DNA from: Convolutriloba macropyga
Taxonomy: Eukaryota
Direction of reading: 5' to 3'
Length of the DNA stretch: 64,000 nucleotides
Assembly (NCBI RefSeq): GCF_964194025.1
Contig: NC_134473.1
Coordinates: 51,894,001 to 51,958,000, forward strand
How positions within the stretch are numbered: position 1 is the stretch's first letter; every line of letters begins with the position of its first letter. Position numbers and translations under genes: made by a program. Shown here in pieces: positions 12,627 through 26,318 of this stretch. The notes under the pieces were generated by a model. That model worked only from the letters and a program-made list of their open reading frames with translations, was not told the origin of the DNA and made no database searches.

Positions 12627-13969
12627 GAATGTTGTTAACAATCAAATTACAGGGCTGATTGCAGAAATAAGATTTCAAAGTTACAGGTCATAGAGATAAA
12701 GAAAACAATAAAATTGGATTGAATTTCTGAACATAGGAAAACACCAAAAACCTTATCACAAAATTTGTTTTTCTAGACTTTTCTTGGATCGGTTGTTCTT
12801 TGAAACATAACGGGGAAATTTCAGCAAAACTTGAAAATATTAGCTGTGAATTGTATATGAATTAACGAGGCGCACAAAACAATCAATGCGGTTTCTTTAT
12901 CTCAGGACCTATAATACGTCGAATGGCCGAAGGCGAACGAAGACTGAATCAGGCTACGGCAGTACCCCAATGTTAAACGAAAAAACATAAGAAGAACTCC
13001 GGAAAACACTCGAAGATACTTTTGCCAAAAAGTTAGCCTGTCAAGTTTCTAGTTTCAGATTGCAGTGAGCATCAGAGAAAACAGAAAACTCTTTTGAAAA
13101 CAGAAATCTTATTTGAATAAAAAAAACAAAATTTAACAAAAAAGTAATTTAAATCGAAAAAAGTTTAATCAATTTTTCAAATTGTAAGGTACAAACACAA
13201 ATGGAAAACAATATTTCAACTAATCGAGACAAATCAATTGCTCACACAAATTCGGACAAGCTGAAAAAGGCATCGCTATTTTTTTAAATAAAGCAAAAAA
13301 ACAAGGAAAATTAGAGAAAAAAAAATTTTCGCAATTTTTTTTTCAAAATTCAAAGAAATAAATTGCTTGGTACCAAAGAACCTTTAAATTGTAATAAAAA
13401 CTGCCCACAAGCACTAATCCTACATTGAGTGATAATTAAATCAATACAATACAATAATAGGCCCGAAATCGCTAAAATATCCTTAAAATCGGAAAATTAA
13501 TTGAAAAACATTAAAATTAACATAAAACTCGCTTTAATAACCAAAACCTTCGAAACGCTATCAAAACAACCTTAAAACTACAACCTCTGTCTGAAGTAAC
13601 TTCTTAGATAACATTGAATTTTCAAAAACAACAAAACGCTTGAAAAACCGCACGTGAACAAAAAATTTGCTCGCTTAGCGAAAATTTTTTACACCTACAT
13701 TTCTGTTTCGAAAGAAGGCATGAACAAAAGAACTAATCTTTTTTTTCTCCGCTCTTCAAATTTGTCCATTGGAAGAACTTTTACAAACTTACGTAAACTT
13801 ACGCTTTTCCGGCTTGCTCACTTATAAAAAAAAACAAAAAAACCATAAATCCTCTTCGAGTCCTAATAAAAGAACGCATCAATTTCGATATCGCAGCTTC
13901 TGAGCAAAAGTATTTGGTAACGTTAATCAAAATTGTTGAAAATTTGAGAGCCCGAAGAGGAAAAGGAGA

Positions 13970-14900
13970 CCATTTTTTGATGCAAATTTAGTGATATCTA
14001 CGCGGGCCGTGGTGTCAACGCTAAGAAAAAGCAAAATTATATAAGGTTGGACGTGATTGCGTCGAACTTATGCAAAATCTACGCTTTAGGCGTTGAAAAG
14101 AAAGTGTTGCCTTTTATAAGCACAAGTCTTACCGAATTTTGCGCTGAATATAGCGGTGATTATGCAAACTTTTGCGTTTCCAAGCGTAGATGTTACATAA
14201 TTTCGTGTTGAAGTTAGCGTTTATCGTACATAACTTTGCGTTGAATTTAGCGTTGATAATGCAATTTTTATTTCAATTTTTGGGGCTAGTTATGGGCGTA
14301 AGTGTTTTTGTGTTTTGTGTGAGTGTGTGGGGGTTGGGGTTTGTGAATATTTAGAAGGGGTAGTTAGTACGTGGGGGTTCGCGAGTTAGGGTTAGCTTAA
14401 CAATTTTAGATTTTCAAAACTGAATTTTTGTCAGATTCATGCGAAGTTCATTGGAAATTCAAGCTTTAAACTCACTATTTAATTTAAAGAAACTCGACAA
14501 ATATAAGGTACTGTGGGACAGTGGTAGAAAAATTAAAAAGTGTGCAGTATGCCAGTGGTTCGAGGTTCTTAGGCAGAGCGGTAACCTTATGTAAGATCAC
14601 CGCTAAATTAATCGCAAATATTTGTAACATCTAAGTTTAAAATCGTGAAATTATGTTAAAACTACTCCTAAAAACGCAAATTTCTGCAAGATCTGCGCTT
14701 AAATATGCAAAATTATATAATCTAACTGCTAACTAGCGTTGACAATTTAGATAACTCATCGCATTTTTCTTACAAAAATTTGCATTGAATGCGTAGAATT
14801 TAGAGACGTAAATTCAAACCATTAATTTCAAAATCTTACAAGAGAATTATGTTAAATTTTCTAACTTGTCAACGCTAGTTACCGCTTATCTAACATAGTT
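13970..14900. repeat. Degenerate repeat rich in AGCGTTGA/TCAACGCT/ATCTACGC motifs
   Basis: Short motifs recur in both orientations. Likely a non-autonomous DNA element. Boundaries approximate. Confidence 0.4.
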
Positions 14901-17146
14901 TTGGCCTTATTCCTCAGCTCGTGGAATTTGGGGGTACATTTTTTACATAAATATGTGACTTGTCTGTTATAGTTACTTCGATTTGTACACACGAACTTCA
15001 ATGCTTAAATTTGTTATCCAGCAACGTATTTTTCAAAAATTTTCCAAGCACTTTGTTCAAAAGTTTAATTTCTTGTATGGTAACTGGTCTCTCGCTCTTT
15101 GGAACATACCCACCAATAATTGATACTTTTACTCTTTTTTAAGTTTTTGTTATTGTAATGGTAAACAACAAGGCTCGGTAAAAGGTTATTGCTTATAACA
15201 TGTACACCACTGTCATCAAAAATTCTGACTTAACTTTTCACCAACTGAAGCAGAATTAGGAAACTTTCAAACTATTAAACGGTAAATCATGCTTTGTAAT
15301 TATAAAGTTGATGGATAATAAAAGACTGACTGCTGAAAAAAACAGCTCTTGCATGGTTTCAAGTTGAAAAAAAATGCCCATCAATTTTTGGCTCGTTATC
15401 AGATGGTCTTTTTAAAAACCGAGGTGGACATCCAATGAAAATAGCAGGACAATTCCTCATACACAATCGAAGTAATTGGACAAATTTAAGACCTCACCAT
15501 CAGTCTCACTACAAGAACTGTATCTGGTTGTCCACAGAGCGTATACCAAAATACGCAGAGATGAAAATAGAAAGCATTTTATAAACAGTATTTTAACTTT
15601 CGCTTTTTTCTGGAAGAAATTTAAAGATAAATCAGTTTTGGATGGTTTCAGGAGCGTTTAAATTATTGCCTTTTTTATGCCAATTTTGATTTAAAAAATT
15701 TTCTTAGGCTAATAAGAATCCAAGAACAATAACATGAATATTGCGATTGAATAAAAAATAGAAGTAAGAAATTGTAACATTTTAAATTTAATAAAGTAAA
15801 AACAGTGCAAACGATATCAAAACATTAGATATGGCTTAAAACCGTTGAAGAGACTTCGTTACAATTCAATTCAGAAGCCATAAAACCTGCTGTTCCATCA
15901 TTGTGACAAGAAAAAATGAACTACAGTAAATGGTAAAACTCAGAATAGATTTCACATTTTACGAGACAACATAGACATAAAGTCTTAAACACGAAAAGAA
16001 TTTCACTCTAGATATTCGACAGAGAATTGCTTTTGAACAACGTTGCATTTGAGATTAATTAGGAATTTTCGCTAATCAGATTAGGCAAGGAAACAACAAA
16101 AATGACCACCAATAAAGACAAGACCCCAAACGTTCTCTATAATTTCATGAGATTACAAAGTGATAAGAAAACAAAAACCGAATTTATCAATAGAACATCA
16201 AGATTTTTTTGCTCGTAGGAAAATCATTCTGACGTGTTTTTAGTATAAGAGAAGTAACGACAAAAAACAACATAAATAGCGAAATCATTCACATTATATG
16301 AAACTAAAACAAATGAGACTAATGTGACAGAATAAAAAAACCAACAGCTTTGAACTGGAATTATTAAAATCGTTTTCTTTCGGCCTTCAAAAGTAGCCAA
16401 TTGCACCAAGTGTCAATGAAACAAAGTTTGAAGACAGCATAATTAATTCGTAGAAAACTTTATAGAAAAACTTTAGAAATCAATATGGGTTTAGGAGGAC
16501 AGATTGTAGAAGAGACCAAAACTTAGCAGCGGTGGATAAAACTTCAAACCCTGAACTGCTTTATTAATTCACGTCTAAAATTAAAAAGGAAGTCAACAGT
16601 CCTTACAAGAAGACAACGACCCAATAGAATCCAAATTATTTGGATCAGTTGATGAAATACAATCAAAACAAAACATAATCTAAAGAAATGACTATCAATT
16701 TCTGATTAAAAACAGCTTTTGATAGTAATCAAATATATGACCCCACAGACGCAAATAATATTGAAAGAAAAAGAAAATATAAAAAATTGAGAAGGTTCCA
16801 ATCGTGCCAAACAGTGCAATTGTTATCACAATCAAAGAAAATGCCTTCGCTCCGCTGAAAACCAATGTTACACAAAACAACAAAAAGAATAAATATCGAC
16901 AATTTTAAGATTTGTGAAATCAAAATTATTAAAATACGTACTCTTTGATATTATAGACCAGGCAACATTGAGTTCTAGTTCCATTAAACGAAAAAGCGAT
17001 GATAATAACAACTTAAGAGAAAAACAATAATTGAAGTGAAAAGAAGTAATTGAAGTCAAAAAAAAATGTCATTTCCGTCAGGGCAAATGAAATACGCTGC
17101 ATTCTAGCACCAATTAAAAAGCTGAAATCTGTTGCATAAGAGGGTT

Positions 17147-17403
17147 TGATAACGCCATGATTCCGCTGGTCCGCATTGGGAAGGGTGATAGGTCGTTATC
17201 TGTCTTGAGTCTTAGCTTTAAGTTTCAATTAGTTTGGTTGCTCATGTTTTGTTTCAGGTTACACAATTCAAGCAAGAGTATCATTTCCGGTTTTACAACA
17301 TTTCATCATCATGACTTTTTTCGTTACAACTTTTGGAAACAAATCAACTTACAAAAGGCGGTAAAACACAAAAAACGTAAGAAGTTAATCTCTAGCATTA
17401 ACA
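17147..17403 (-). repeat. 3' LTR
   Basis: Matches 26336-26592 with two visible substitutions. Preceded on the - strand by a purine-rich PPT, gggcccggagga (17404-17415). Confidence 0.95.
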
Positions 17404-18902
17404 TCCTCCGGGCCCACAAAACCTAACCCTAACCTGGTTGTGGGTTTGGGGTAGACATGCATAAGTTTTACTGCTGGTCTGTTTAATTTGCCTAAAGCGG
17501 TCTTAACCTCGCATGACCTAGCTATGTTGTCGGGGCCGGTGAAAGTCCGTGTGACTCGTCCCAGCGGCCAGATTCCTCTTGGTGTAAACTCTTCAAGATG
17601 CCAGACAACATCATCCACTTCCAAAGCTGCTTCACAAGACGTCCACTTCTGTCGTTTGTTCAGCGAAGGAATATACTCGGTTAGCAGCCTCTTCCAAATC
17701 TGCTGAAGTCTCTGCTTCACCTGCGTCCACGCCGAACACTTCAAGGTAAGTGTCTCGTTGAAAACGGCTCCAGGAACATTGCAGAAGGGCCTTCCAAGCA
17801 AGAAGTGGTTTGGTGTAAGTGGGTTGTCGTCTTCGTGGTTGCTTCTCACGTGAGTGAGTGGACGCGAGTTGACAAGACACTCGGCTTCACTGACGATCGT
17901 GGCAAAGACATCTGGGGTGAGTTTTGAGGAGCCGAGGTTCAAAAGAAGAGCTCGTTTAACACACTGAACGAGTCTCTCCCACACCCCACCAAAGTGAGGA
18001 GCAGTAGGAGGGTTGAGTTTCCATTCGACAGACTGGTTCAGTAGCTGATCTTTGATGTAGTCGTGGTCCAACATCAGTGGTCTTCTTCTGATCTGCTTTC
18101 TTGCTCCCAGGATGTTGGATCCGTTGTCTGACAGGAACAAGCGCGGTTGGCCGCGTCGAGCGATGAAGCGTCGGATTGCTGTCAAACACTTGTCTGTGCT
18201 GAGATCCTCTGCAACTTCCAGGTGAATTGCTCTTGTAACGAAGCAAGTGAATAAGCAGACGTAGGTCTTCACTTCTGAATCTCGATGAACGACGGCAAAC
18301 GGTCCAAGGTAGTCCACGCCGACATTGGTGAAGATGACTGGTGACTGAGTTTCCTGGAAACGAATGTCTGGCAGGTCTGCCATCGGTGGCTGTAGTCCCT
18401 GTGCTCGGAAGCGGCGACAGTCGAAACATTTGAAGGCCAAACTTCTCAAGAAAGCTCTGATTCCGAGAATGTGGCATCTCTGTTGTATGTAGTTGCGGGT
18501 GTATTCAACTCCAATGTGCATACAAAGTTCGTGGCATTTCTGTATGAAGAGTTGAGTGCTGTGCTCTTTAGAGTCCAGGATAATGGGGTGCTTGGCGTCA
18601 AAAGGTAGCGAGCTTCGTTTTGTTCTGCCACCAACGCGAAGAAGTCCACTTTCAAAGAAAGGGGACAAACAGAGCAGACGATCTTTCTTTGACAAAGGCC
18701 TGTGTTGTTTCATGTCTTTGATGGCGTCTTTGAAGGACTTCTCATGCGACTTTCTTAAGAGATAAAATCGGGCTTCGTTAATGTCGTCGAGTTCTAGTTT
18801 GCCTCTTTGTTTCGATCTGAGATTCTTTACGAACCTAATGACAACAGCCATAGAGCGCATTAACTTGTCCATTTTGAGAATCTGCTGACGTCGATAATAC
18901 AT
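17385..18902 (-). pseudogene. BEL/Pao pol fragment: integrase
   Basis: HHCC zinc finger (H..H..CFDC), GVDYLGP, SDNGS, VWERLV, and a C-terminal WPLGRV segment. Confidence 0.93.
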
Positions 18903-20332
18903 TCATCGTTCGATGTTTCCATTGTGACGTTTGTCTCCTCCTTGTTACCCAAGGAGTTCTTCCAATGGCTTTCGGGATCACTTAAGAAAGCTGGAGGTGT
19001 TAACCAGAACACATTGATATCACAGGCTGGTATTCCTCGGGAGACATGGTCTGCGGGGTTGAGTTTTCCGCTGATATGCTGCCACTTGGAGACGTCTGTG
19101 TTGTTGCGGATCTCTTGTACTCTGTTTGCAATAAAAGTTTTCAATTTGTCTTTGCTTTTGATCCAGGCAAGGACAGCTTCACTGTCGCTCCAAAAGTGTC
19201 TTGAGACAACTGGTATTGTTAGCTGCTTGGAAACAAATTGCATTAGTCTGCATCCTAATACGGCTGCTTGCAACTCAAATTTCGGGATACTGATTTGCTT
19301 TAGTGGCGCGACTTTAGCTCTAGCTATGACAAACCCAGTTGAAATGGTGTTAGCTGATTGAGATCTGATGTATATGACTGCTCCATAAGCCAGCTGTGAG
19401 GCATCACAGAAGCAATGTAACTGGTTTATCGGAGACGGCTCGATCGGAGAAACAAAACATCGCGGCATTGATATTTCTGGCACATTTAGATATTGCTCTA
19501 TCCATGTTTTTATTGCTTTCTGTTTCTCGTGTGACAGGAGATCATCCCATGCAAGTCCTTCTTTCCAAGTATCCTGCAAGATGATTTTTAGTGTAATCAA
19601 TAATGGGGCAATGATTCCTAATGGATCGAACAAGCAGGCAATTAGAGAAAGGAGCTTTCTGAGTGTGTAGTCCGTTTTGTCTTCCTGAACTTTGGCAAGC
19701 TTCTGGTGGAAGAAAGTATCATTAACTGTATTCCACATTACGCCTAAGACACGATGTTTGTCTTTTTCACTGTCATAATGTTCTTTGGGTATTTTGCTTA
19801 GACATTGAACAGAGTTTGAGACAAACTTAGTTAGACTGAAACCTCCTTTAGAGAGTGTTTGTCGCAAGTCTTGAACTGCAGTTTCAGCTTTCTGTTCATT
19901 GTCGAACGAATGTACAAAGTCATCCATGTAGAAACTGTTGAATATTAGATCTTTTGTAGCGGTGTTTCCGAAGTCTTTCGCTGTTTCTTGGAGGACAAAT
20001 ATTGCTGTAGTTGGTGAACATCTGGCTCCAAAGATGAGTCGCGTATACTGGAACTGCTGTACGGAGTTGTTTGAAGGCCAAATAAAACGGAGACATGACT
20101 GATCTTCTGTTCGTATGCAAATTTGCATAAACATGGCCTCTATGTCTGCCATTACTGCAACAGAATTCTGGCGAAAGCGAAGTAGTAAGCCGACCAGGTT
20201 GTTGAGAAGGTCGGGGCCTGACAGAAGGTTTTTGTTTAGCGACTGCTTCTTAAAAACAGATGCGGCGTTTGCAACACGCCTGACTTTCTCAGGTTTGTTG
20301 GTGTTGGTGACGGGGTGATGGGGAAGGTACAA
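18860..20332 (-). pseudogene. BEL/Pao pol fragment: reverse transcriptase and RNase H
   Basis: [43 protein letters not shown]. Confidence 0.93.
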
Positions 20333-22401
20333 ATCTTCTCTGGTGCCGGATTTGAGAAAGTTACTGGTTTGACATAACCCTTCGCTAAATCTGTGTCCAA
20401 AGTTTTCTCATACAACTGTTTCAACTCAATATCTTTGTTGAGTCGGCGCTGAAGGCTGTCAAGTTGTGCTTTGGCAACCGGATAGTTGTTTTCTAATTTA
20501 CTGTCCTGTTTCCAAAGTAAACCAATTTCATATCTGTCTCCGATATGATGGATTGTATCTCGTAATATTTGAACTGCTTTTTTACTGTCTGTTGAAGTAT
20601 CTGCAGTTTCTTCAAACTCGGTTCCTGTATTCTCTATTTTCCAGAAACTGGTCACACATTCACTGAGATGTCTTTCAGTATCAACAGTTAAATTTGTAAG
20701 TGCGTGGTCGAAGGCTCTATAACTATGGGATAGGAAGTTTGTTTCCTGTTGGATTGGATTACTTTTTCGTTTAATTGGGCCAGTAATTGTCCAACCGAGA
20801 AGATTGCGTAAAGCAAAGGAGCTTCCTGAGGGTCCTTGAAGGAACTCGCGTTCCAAAATGTATTGGGTAGCGTCAACACCTAAAAGTATCTGTATCTTGT
20901 TGTCACTAAGTTTAGGAAAATGTATGTGTTGAAGGTGAGGGTAGGACGAGCACGCTTCGTTCAAATCGTTTACAGGCGCATCGTTGAAAGTCCAATTATT
21001 CACGGCATGAACGTAGTTTAAACGGAAGAGTGGTTGACCGCTATTGAACTTTCCAATGTCCAACCGAACAAGATTTGCGTGCATGACGGATTCGTCAAAT
21101 GCGTGCGATACATTCAGATCGAATTCTGAAGTCTTTGGAGCCCGTACCTTGTCGGCAGTGGTGTTGAGGACGTATGAAATGGTACTACCATTGTCCAGAA
21201 TGGCATAACAATTATGTCTTCTATTATCATTTCCGAATAGGGTGACAGGTATTACCTGTAGTTGATTCCTCGTTTTTGATGGGAAACCAGGATTGTAAAC
21301 CTGAGTTGGAATGTCACTGTTTTTGTCTTGTTGATCCAGTGGTTCACACATTGGCAGATCAATTGCTGTCATGTTTGTCGATTCGGGTGCTTTTTGTCTG
21401 TCTGTGTGGAGAAGGCTATGATGTTTGCCATTGCAATGTCGGCAGGGAACTTTTGACGTGCAGTTTTTGGCGGCGTGACTGGAGCTCAGGCAATTGGAAC
21501 ACAGAGAGTTCTTCTTTGCTTCGCTATTGCGTCTGCTGACATCGAGACTGAGAAAATGTGGACACTTGCCAATGTAGTGATCTTGTTGATCAAGCGGGCA
21601 TTTTGTTCTGCTTCTATTTGCTGTTGCATTTCTCATAGGCTGCTTTGAACCAGAGAAAGAGGAGCTTCCGTTTGTGTTGTTGCTACTGTTGGCCGTCCAT
21701 TGCTGAGGCTTTGCACTACCGATGTTCTTATTTGCTGTATTATTATGTTCAAAACCTTTATTGCTGGGGAATGAACTCTTACTTCCTGGAAAATTCTGTG
21801 TCCAATTTGAACGATTTTGGTTCTTATTCCGATTGTTGAAGGAACTTGAACCCTGTGATTGGTTCTGTTGACCTGAATGGTTGTTAGTGTTTGATGAAAA
21901 TGTGTCTTGTACTTGTTCAAAGGCTCTGGATTGCCGATTCATCCAATCGGAAAGCTCTGTGAGACCTGAATTTGTCCAGTCGTTGTCAACAACATGTTCG
22001 GTCCACTTCAACTTGGTTGGGTTTGGTAGCTTATCTCGAGCTATCCTGAGCAAGTACGTGGCATTTAGGTCGGCACTGAAGCCATGTGAGGCAAATGTCT
22101 GAACAACCTTTCTTAACAACGAAGCGAAAGCTATCAAAGCTGCGTGGTCATTCATAGCCGGTCTTTGGAAAGCTTCTAGTTCTTTTGTTAGGGCACCGAC
22201 AACGTTTTGCGGGTTTCCAAAGCGTCTGTTGAGCTCTTGAAGGGCGGAAGAGTAAAAGTTTGGGTTGCAAAGAAAGCCGGAGATGCAATCCTTCGCCTGT
22301 CCAATGACTAAACTTTGCAAATAGCTCATTCTTTCAGTGTCAGTGATGTCTTCGTTGTTTTGTGGATGGTCGAGGAAAACATGCTGCTCCATTCGTTCCA
22401 C
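20236..22401 (-). pseudogene. BEL/Pao gag core, zinc knuckles and aspartic protease
   Basis: Three Cys/His knuckles (CPLDQQDHYIGKC, CSNCLSSSHAAKNC, CRHCNGKHHSLLH). Protease motif ILDNGS. Confidence 0.9.
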
Positions 22402-23474
22402 TTGAGCGGGTCTCCATCGAATTTCTGAATTCGGATGTCCGGCAGCTTTACTGAGCGATGGATATTCCGTTGACGATATGGGTTGGAGTTTTGATTACCA
22501 AAGCTTTGGCTGCTCGGGTAAACAGGTCCACGAGGGGTTGCGTTAGAGGGCTCAAAACTACCGTTTGCTAAGTTTGACCAACTGTTTGAGCAATATGCCT
22601 GAAATGGGCCGGGATGGCTTGGCGTTGGGAAACGATTGCCGAAAGAGACTGGAACAGGTGTTCTATGGTCAGGTACATTTTCAAAGAGGCCAGTGTTATT
22701 AATGGGCCTGGCAGGAGCGAAAGTATTTCCAGCCGGAGGAAGTGTTCCACTAAATACTGGCAGTTGCATATTTGAAGCTGTAGACAATTGTGGGAACGCA
22801 CAAGTTGCGTCAATAGAGCTCTGTGAAACATTTGCTGGATTCACAATTGGTGCTATTGCTTGAAGGTGCTGATGTTGATTGCTTGCTACGTTGTCAGAGT
22901 CTGTTTGTTCGAGTGCTGATGGCTGGAGACTATTCTGTACATCAGAACTGATGACTCTAATGGAGTTTTCTTGCAAAATTCCCATGGCAGACTGCACTTG
23001 TCTATGAATAGTAATCAGGTTGGATGTTGATTGCTGGTCTGCCAAATCATTGATTTGTTGTTGCTGTCGTGTATCTCGCATACTTTGAACAACTCCCGGA
23101 GACTCAGGTGCAGAGGGAACAGGTACTTGATTACTGCGTGATGAAGAGGCGCTGCTTGGACGCGTTGAAGTGTTTCGGAATGAAAGTTCATGCTTCTTTA
23201 CAGTTTGTGCAATTTCAACTTTTAGCTTTGTCAAGCATGCTGCATCATTGAGGGAGTCTTCCGCGTCCACAATTTCCGATTGTGTAAGCTGGTCGACAAG
23301 TTCGTCTAGTTGTGACATGGTTCTCTTGAATTCATCATGTGTTACTGACACAACTTCGGGTTCCAAACCTGAGTGTATTTGATATTCTAGCTCCTGTTTG
23401 AGCTCTTTGACAATGTTTAATTTTCGGTGAAACAATCTAACTGTTCCAACAATTGATGGCTTTCGACCTCCCAT
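22326..23474 (-). pseudogene. BEL/Pao gag N-terminal region
   Basis: First ATG (MGGRKPS) at 23474. Ends in the BEL gag motif KLPDIRIQKFDGDPLKWNEW, then frameshifts into the next ORF. Confidence 0.85.
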
Positions 23475-23569
23475 TTTCTTTGTTGGTCTAACTTTCTGAA
23501 CTTCAGAGGTAAATTTAAAGGTCAAGTGGGGTGAATATAGGTCCCTTGAAGGGCACAACGAGTGAATTT

Positions 23570-24112
23570 TTGACCTTTTAGAGGTCACTTAAGGATCAAG
23601 TGAGGTGACTTTTTGAACTTTAGAGGTCAGAGAGGTCAAGTGGTTTGACCTATTAGAGGTCAAGTGGTTTGACCTGTTAGAGGTCAAGTGGTTTGACCTT
23701 TAAGAGGTCAAGTAGTTTGACCTATTAGAGGTCAAGCGGTTTAGCCTATTAGAGGTCAATTGGTTTGACCTATTAGAGGTCAACAGATTTGACCTATTAG
23801 AGGTCAACTGGTTTGATCTATTAAAGGTCAAGTGGTTTGACCTATTAGCGGTCAAGTAGTTTGACCTATTAGAGATCAAGTGTTTTGACCTATTAGAGGT
23901 CAACAGATTTGACCTATTAGAGGTCAACTGGTTTGACCTATTAGAGGTCAAGAGGTTTGGTGGTTTGACCTCCTAGAGGTCACTTAAAGGTCAAGTGTGA
24001 TGACTATTTGACCTTTTAGAGGTCACCTAGAGGTCGAGTTGCCTGACTATTTGACCTTTTAGAGGTCACTTCGAGGTCAAGTTGGTTGACTGTTTGACCC
24101 TTTAGAGGTCAG
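23570..24112. repeat. 24-bp tandem array (GGTTTGACCTATTAGAGGTCAAGT) in the retrotransposon leader
   Basis: Period 24 (gacc at 23647 and 23671). Each unit contains TTGACCT-N5-AGGTCAA. Edges are degenerate. Confidence 0.93.
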
Positions 24113-24114
24113 GT

Positions 24115-24618
24115 GGGGTGACTATTTGTAGGTCACTTGGGGGGTCCGTGGGGGACAATGGTTGACTTCTGTAGGTCACTTGGGGGGTCCAAGGAGGACA
24201 ATGGATGACTTTTGTAGGTCACTTGGGGGGTCCCTGGAGGACAATGGGTGACTTTTGTAGGTCAATTGGGGGGTCCGTGGGGGACAATGGGTGACTTTTG
24301 TAGGTCACTTGGGGGGTCCCTGGGGGACAATGGGTGACTTTTGTAGGTCACTTGGGGGGTCCCTGGAGGACAGTGGGTGACTTTTGTAGGTCTCTTGGGG
24401 GGTCCCTGGAGGATAATGGGTGACTTTTGTAGGTCAATTGGGGGGTCCGTGGAGGACGGTGGGTGACTTTTGTAGGTCACTTGGGGGGTCCCTGGAGGAT
24501 AATGGGTGACTTTTGTAGGTCAATTGGGGGGTCCGTGGGGGACAATGGGTGACTTTTGTAGGTCACTTGGGGGGTCCCTGGGGGACAATGGGTGACTTTT
24601 GTCGGTCACTTGGGGGGT
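24115..24618. repeat. 43-bp G-rich tandem array
   Basis: caatgggtgacttttgtaggtca recurs at 24242, 24285 and 24328. About 11-12 copies. Confidence 0.93.
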
Positions 24619-24638
24619 TGTCACTGAAGGACAGATGC

Positions 24639-25728
24639 ACTGCAAGCTGGTTCTGCTGGCAGAAATTTGGAGGCTGTTGGTTGCAGCTACTGATGACTCA
24701 GGTTGGCCTGAGTGGTCTGGCTGGCTGTTGGAGGGCAGTAGTGGGACTCTACTGCAAGCTGGTTCTGCTGGCAGAACACTGGAGGCTGTTTGGTGCAGCT
24801 GCTGATGACTCAGGTTGGCCTGAATGGGCTGGCTGGCTGTTGGAGGGCAGTAGTGGGACTCTACTGCAAGCTGGTTCTGCTGGCAGAACACTGAAGGCGG
24901 TTGGGTGCAGCTGCTGATGACTCAGGTTGGCCTGAGTGGGCTGGCTGACTGATGGAGGGCAGTAGTGAGAGTCTACTGCAAGCTGGTTCTGCTGGCAGAA
25001 CACTGGAGGCTGTTTGGTGCAGCTGCTGATGACTCAGGTTGGCCTGAATGGGCTGGCTGGCTGTTGGAGGGCAGTAGTGGGACTCTACTGCAAGCTGGTT
25101 CTGCTGGCAGAACACTGGAGGCGGTTGGGTGCAGCTGCTGTTGACTCAGGTTTGCCTGAGTGGGCTGGCTGACTGATGGAGGGCAGTAGTGAGAGTCCAC
25201 TGCGAGCTGGTTCTGCTGGCAGAACACTGGAGGCTGTTTGGTGCGGCTGCTGATGACTCAGGTTGGCCTGAATGGGCTGGCTGGCTGTTGGAGGGCAGTA
25301 GTGGGACTCTACTGCAAGCTGGTTCTGCTGGCAGAACACTGGAGGCGGTTGGGTGCAGCTGCTGATGACTCAGGTTGGCCTGAGTGGGCTGGCTGACTGA
25401 TGGAGGGCAGTAGTGAGAGTCCACTGCAAGCTGGTTCTGCTGGCAGAACACTGGAGGCGGTTGGGTGCAGCTGCTGATGACTCAGGTTGGCCTGAATGGG
25501 CTGGCTGGCTTTTGGAGGGCATTAGTGGGACTCTACTGCAAGCTGGTTCTGCTGGCAGAACACTAGAGGCGGTTGGGTGCAGCTGCTGTTGACTCAGGTT
25601 GGCCTGAGTGGGCTGGCTGACTGATGGAGGGCAGTAGTGAGAGTCCACTGCGAGCTGGTTCTGCTGGCAGAACACTGGAGGCTGTTTGGTGCAGCTGCTG
25701 ATGACTCAGGTTGGCCTGAGTGGGCTGG
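24639..25728. repeat. 112-bp tandem array (~9.7 copies, two largely alternating variants)
   Basis: actgcaagctggttctgctggcagaa at 24639, 24751 and onward. ORF track shows 112/224 periodicity. Confidence 0.95.
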
Positions 25729-26318
25729 CGACATCCTCGTTGTCTTGCTTGATGATGAAATCTTTGTAAAGTGTTTCACCGGACCCGTATCTTGTTACTA
25801 ACCAATTTTGAAAATGTTCAACAAAAATTAGCCAAGAAAAGCTGCTTCGCGTGCTTGTTTAATTATTATTTTTCGAACCGTTGCTACTAAACAATTCTTT
25901 TTTGAAATTTTTTGTTCAAAAATTAACCAAGAAAAGCTACTTTGCGCGGTTGTTTATTTCATTTAGAAAAGTTAACAACAGGACTCAAATACCTCAGAAC
26001 AATAGGACTAATAAAAGTCTTTTCGGTATTTAGCTTATTTTCAAACAATTGAAATGACAAAACTTAGATAGCTCCTTATCCCTTGTGGTTGGGGAACTTA
26101 GGACCCGAAGGACAACGAAATCTACTATATCAAATCACTGAGATTGCAAAAAAATCTTATCTGGTTTACAGCCCACAGTATTTGAAGGTGGTCATCTCCA
26201 TTCTGCCATCTCTTTTGTCAATCTCAAGGGATGTCCATCTCAGTCCATCTCAATGTCTCAATGTAGCACATACCACTCAAAATAACTTAAGCAGAGGTCC
26301 TGGGTTCGCTCACTGAGT

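Noticed and set aside
17157-17426. Duplicated ORF MIPLVRIGKG (also 26346-26624)
   Set aside because: Antisense reading of the LTRs.
23570-25728. Tandem arrays as a CRISPR array or as coding repeats (ORFs 23700-23951 and 24262-25779)
   Set aside because: No unique spacers, no cas genes, and a eukaryotic context. The ORFs are by-products of repeat periodicity.
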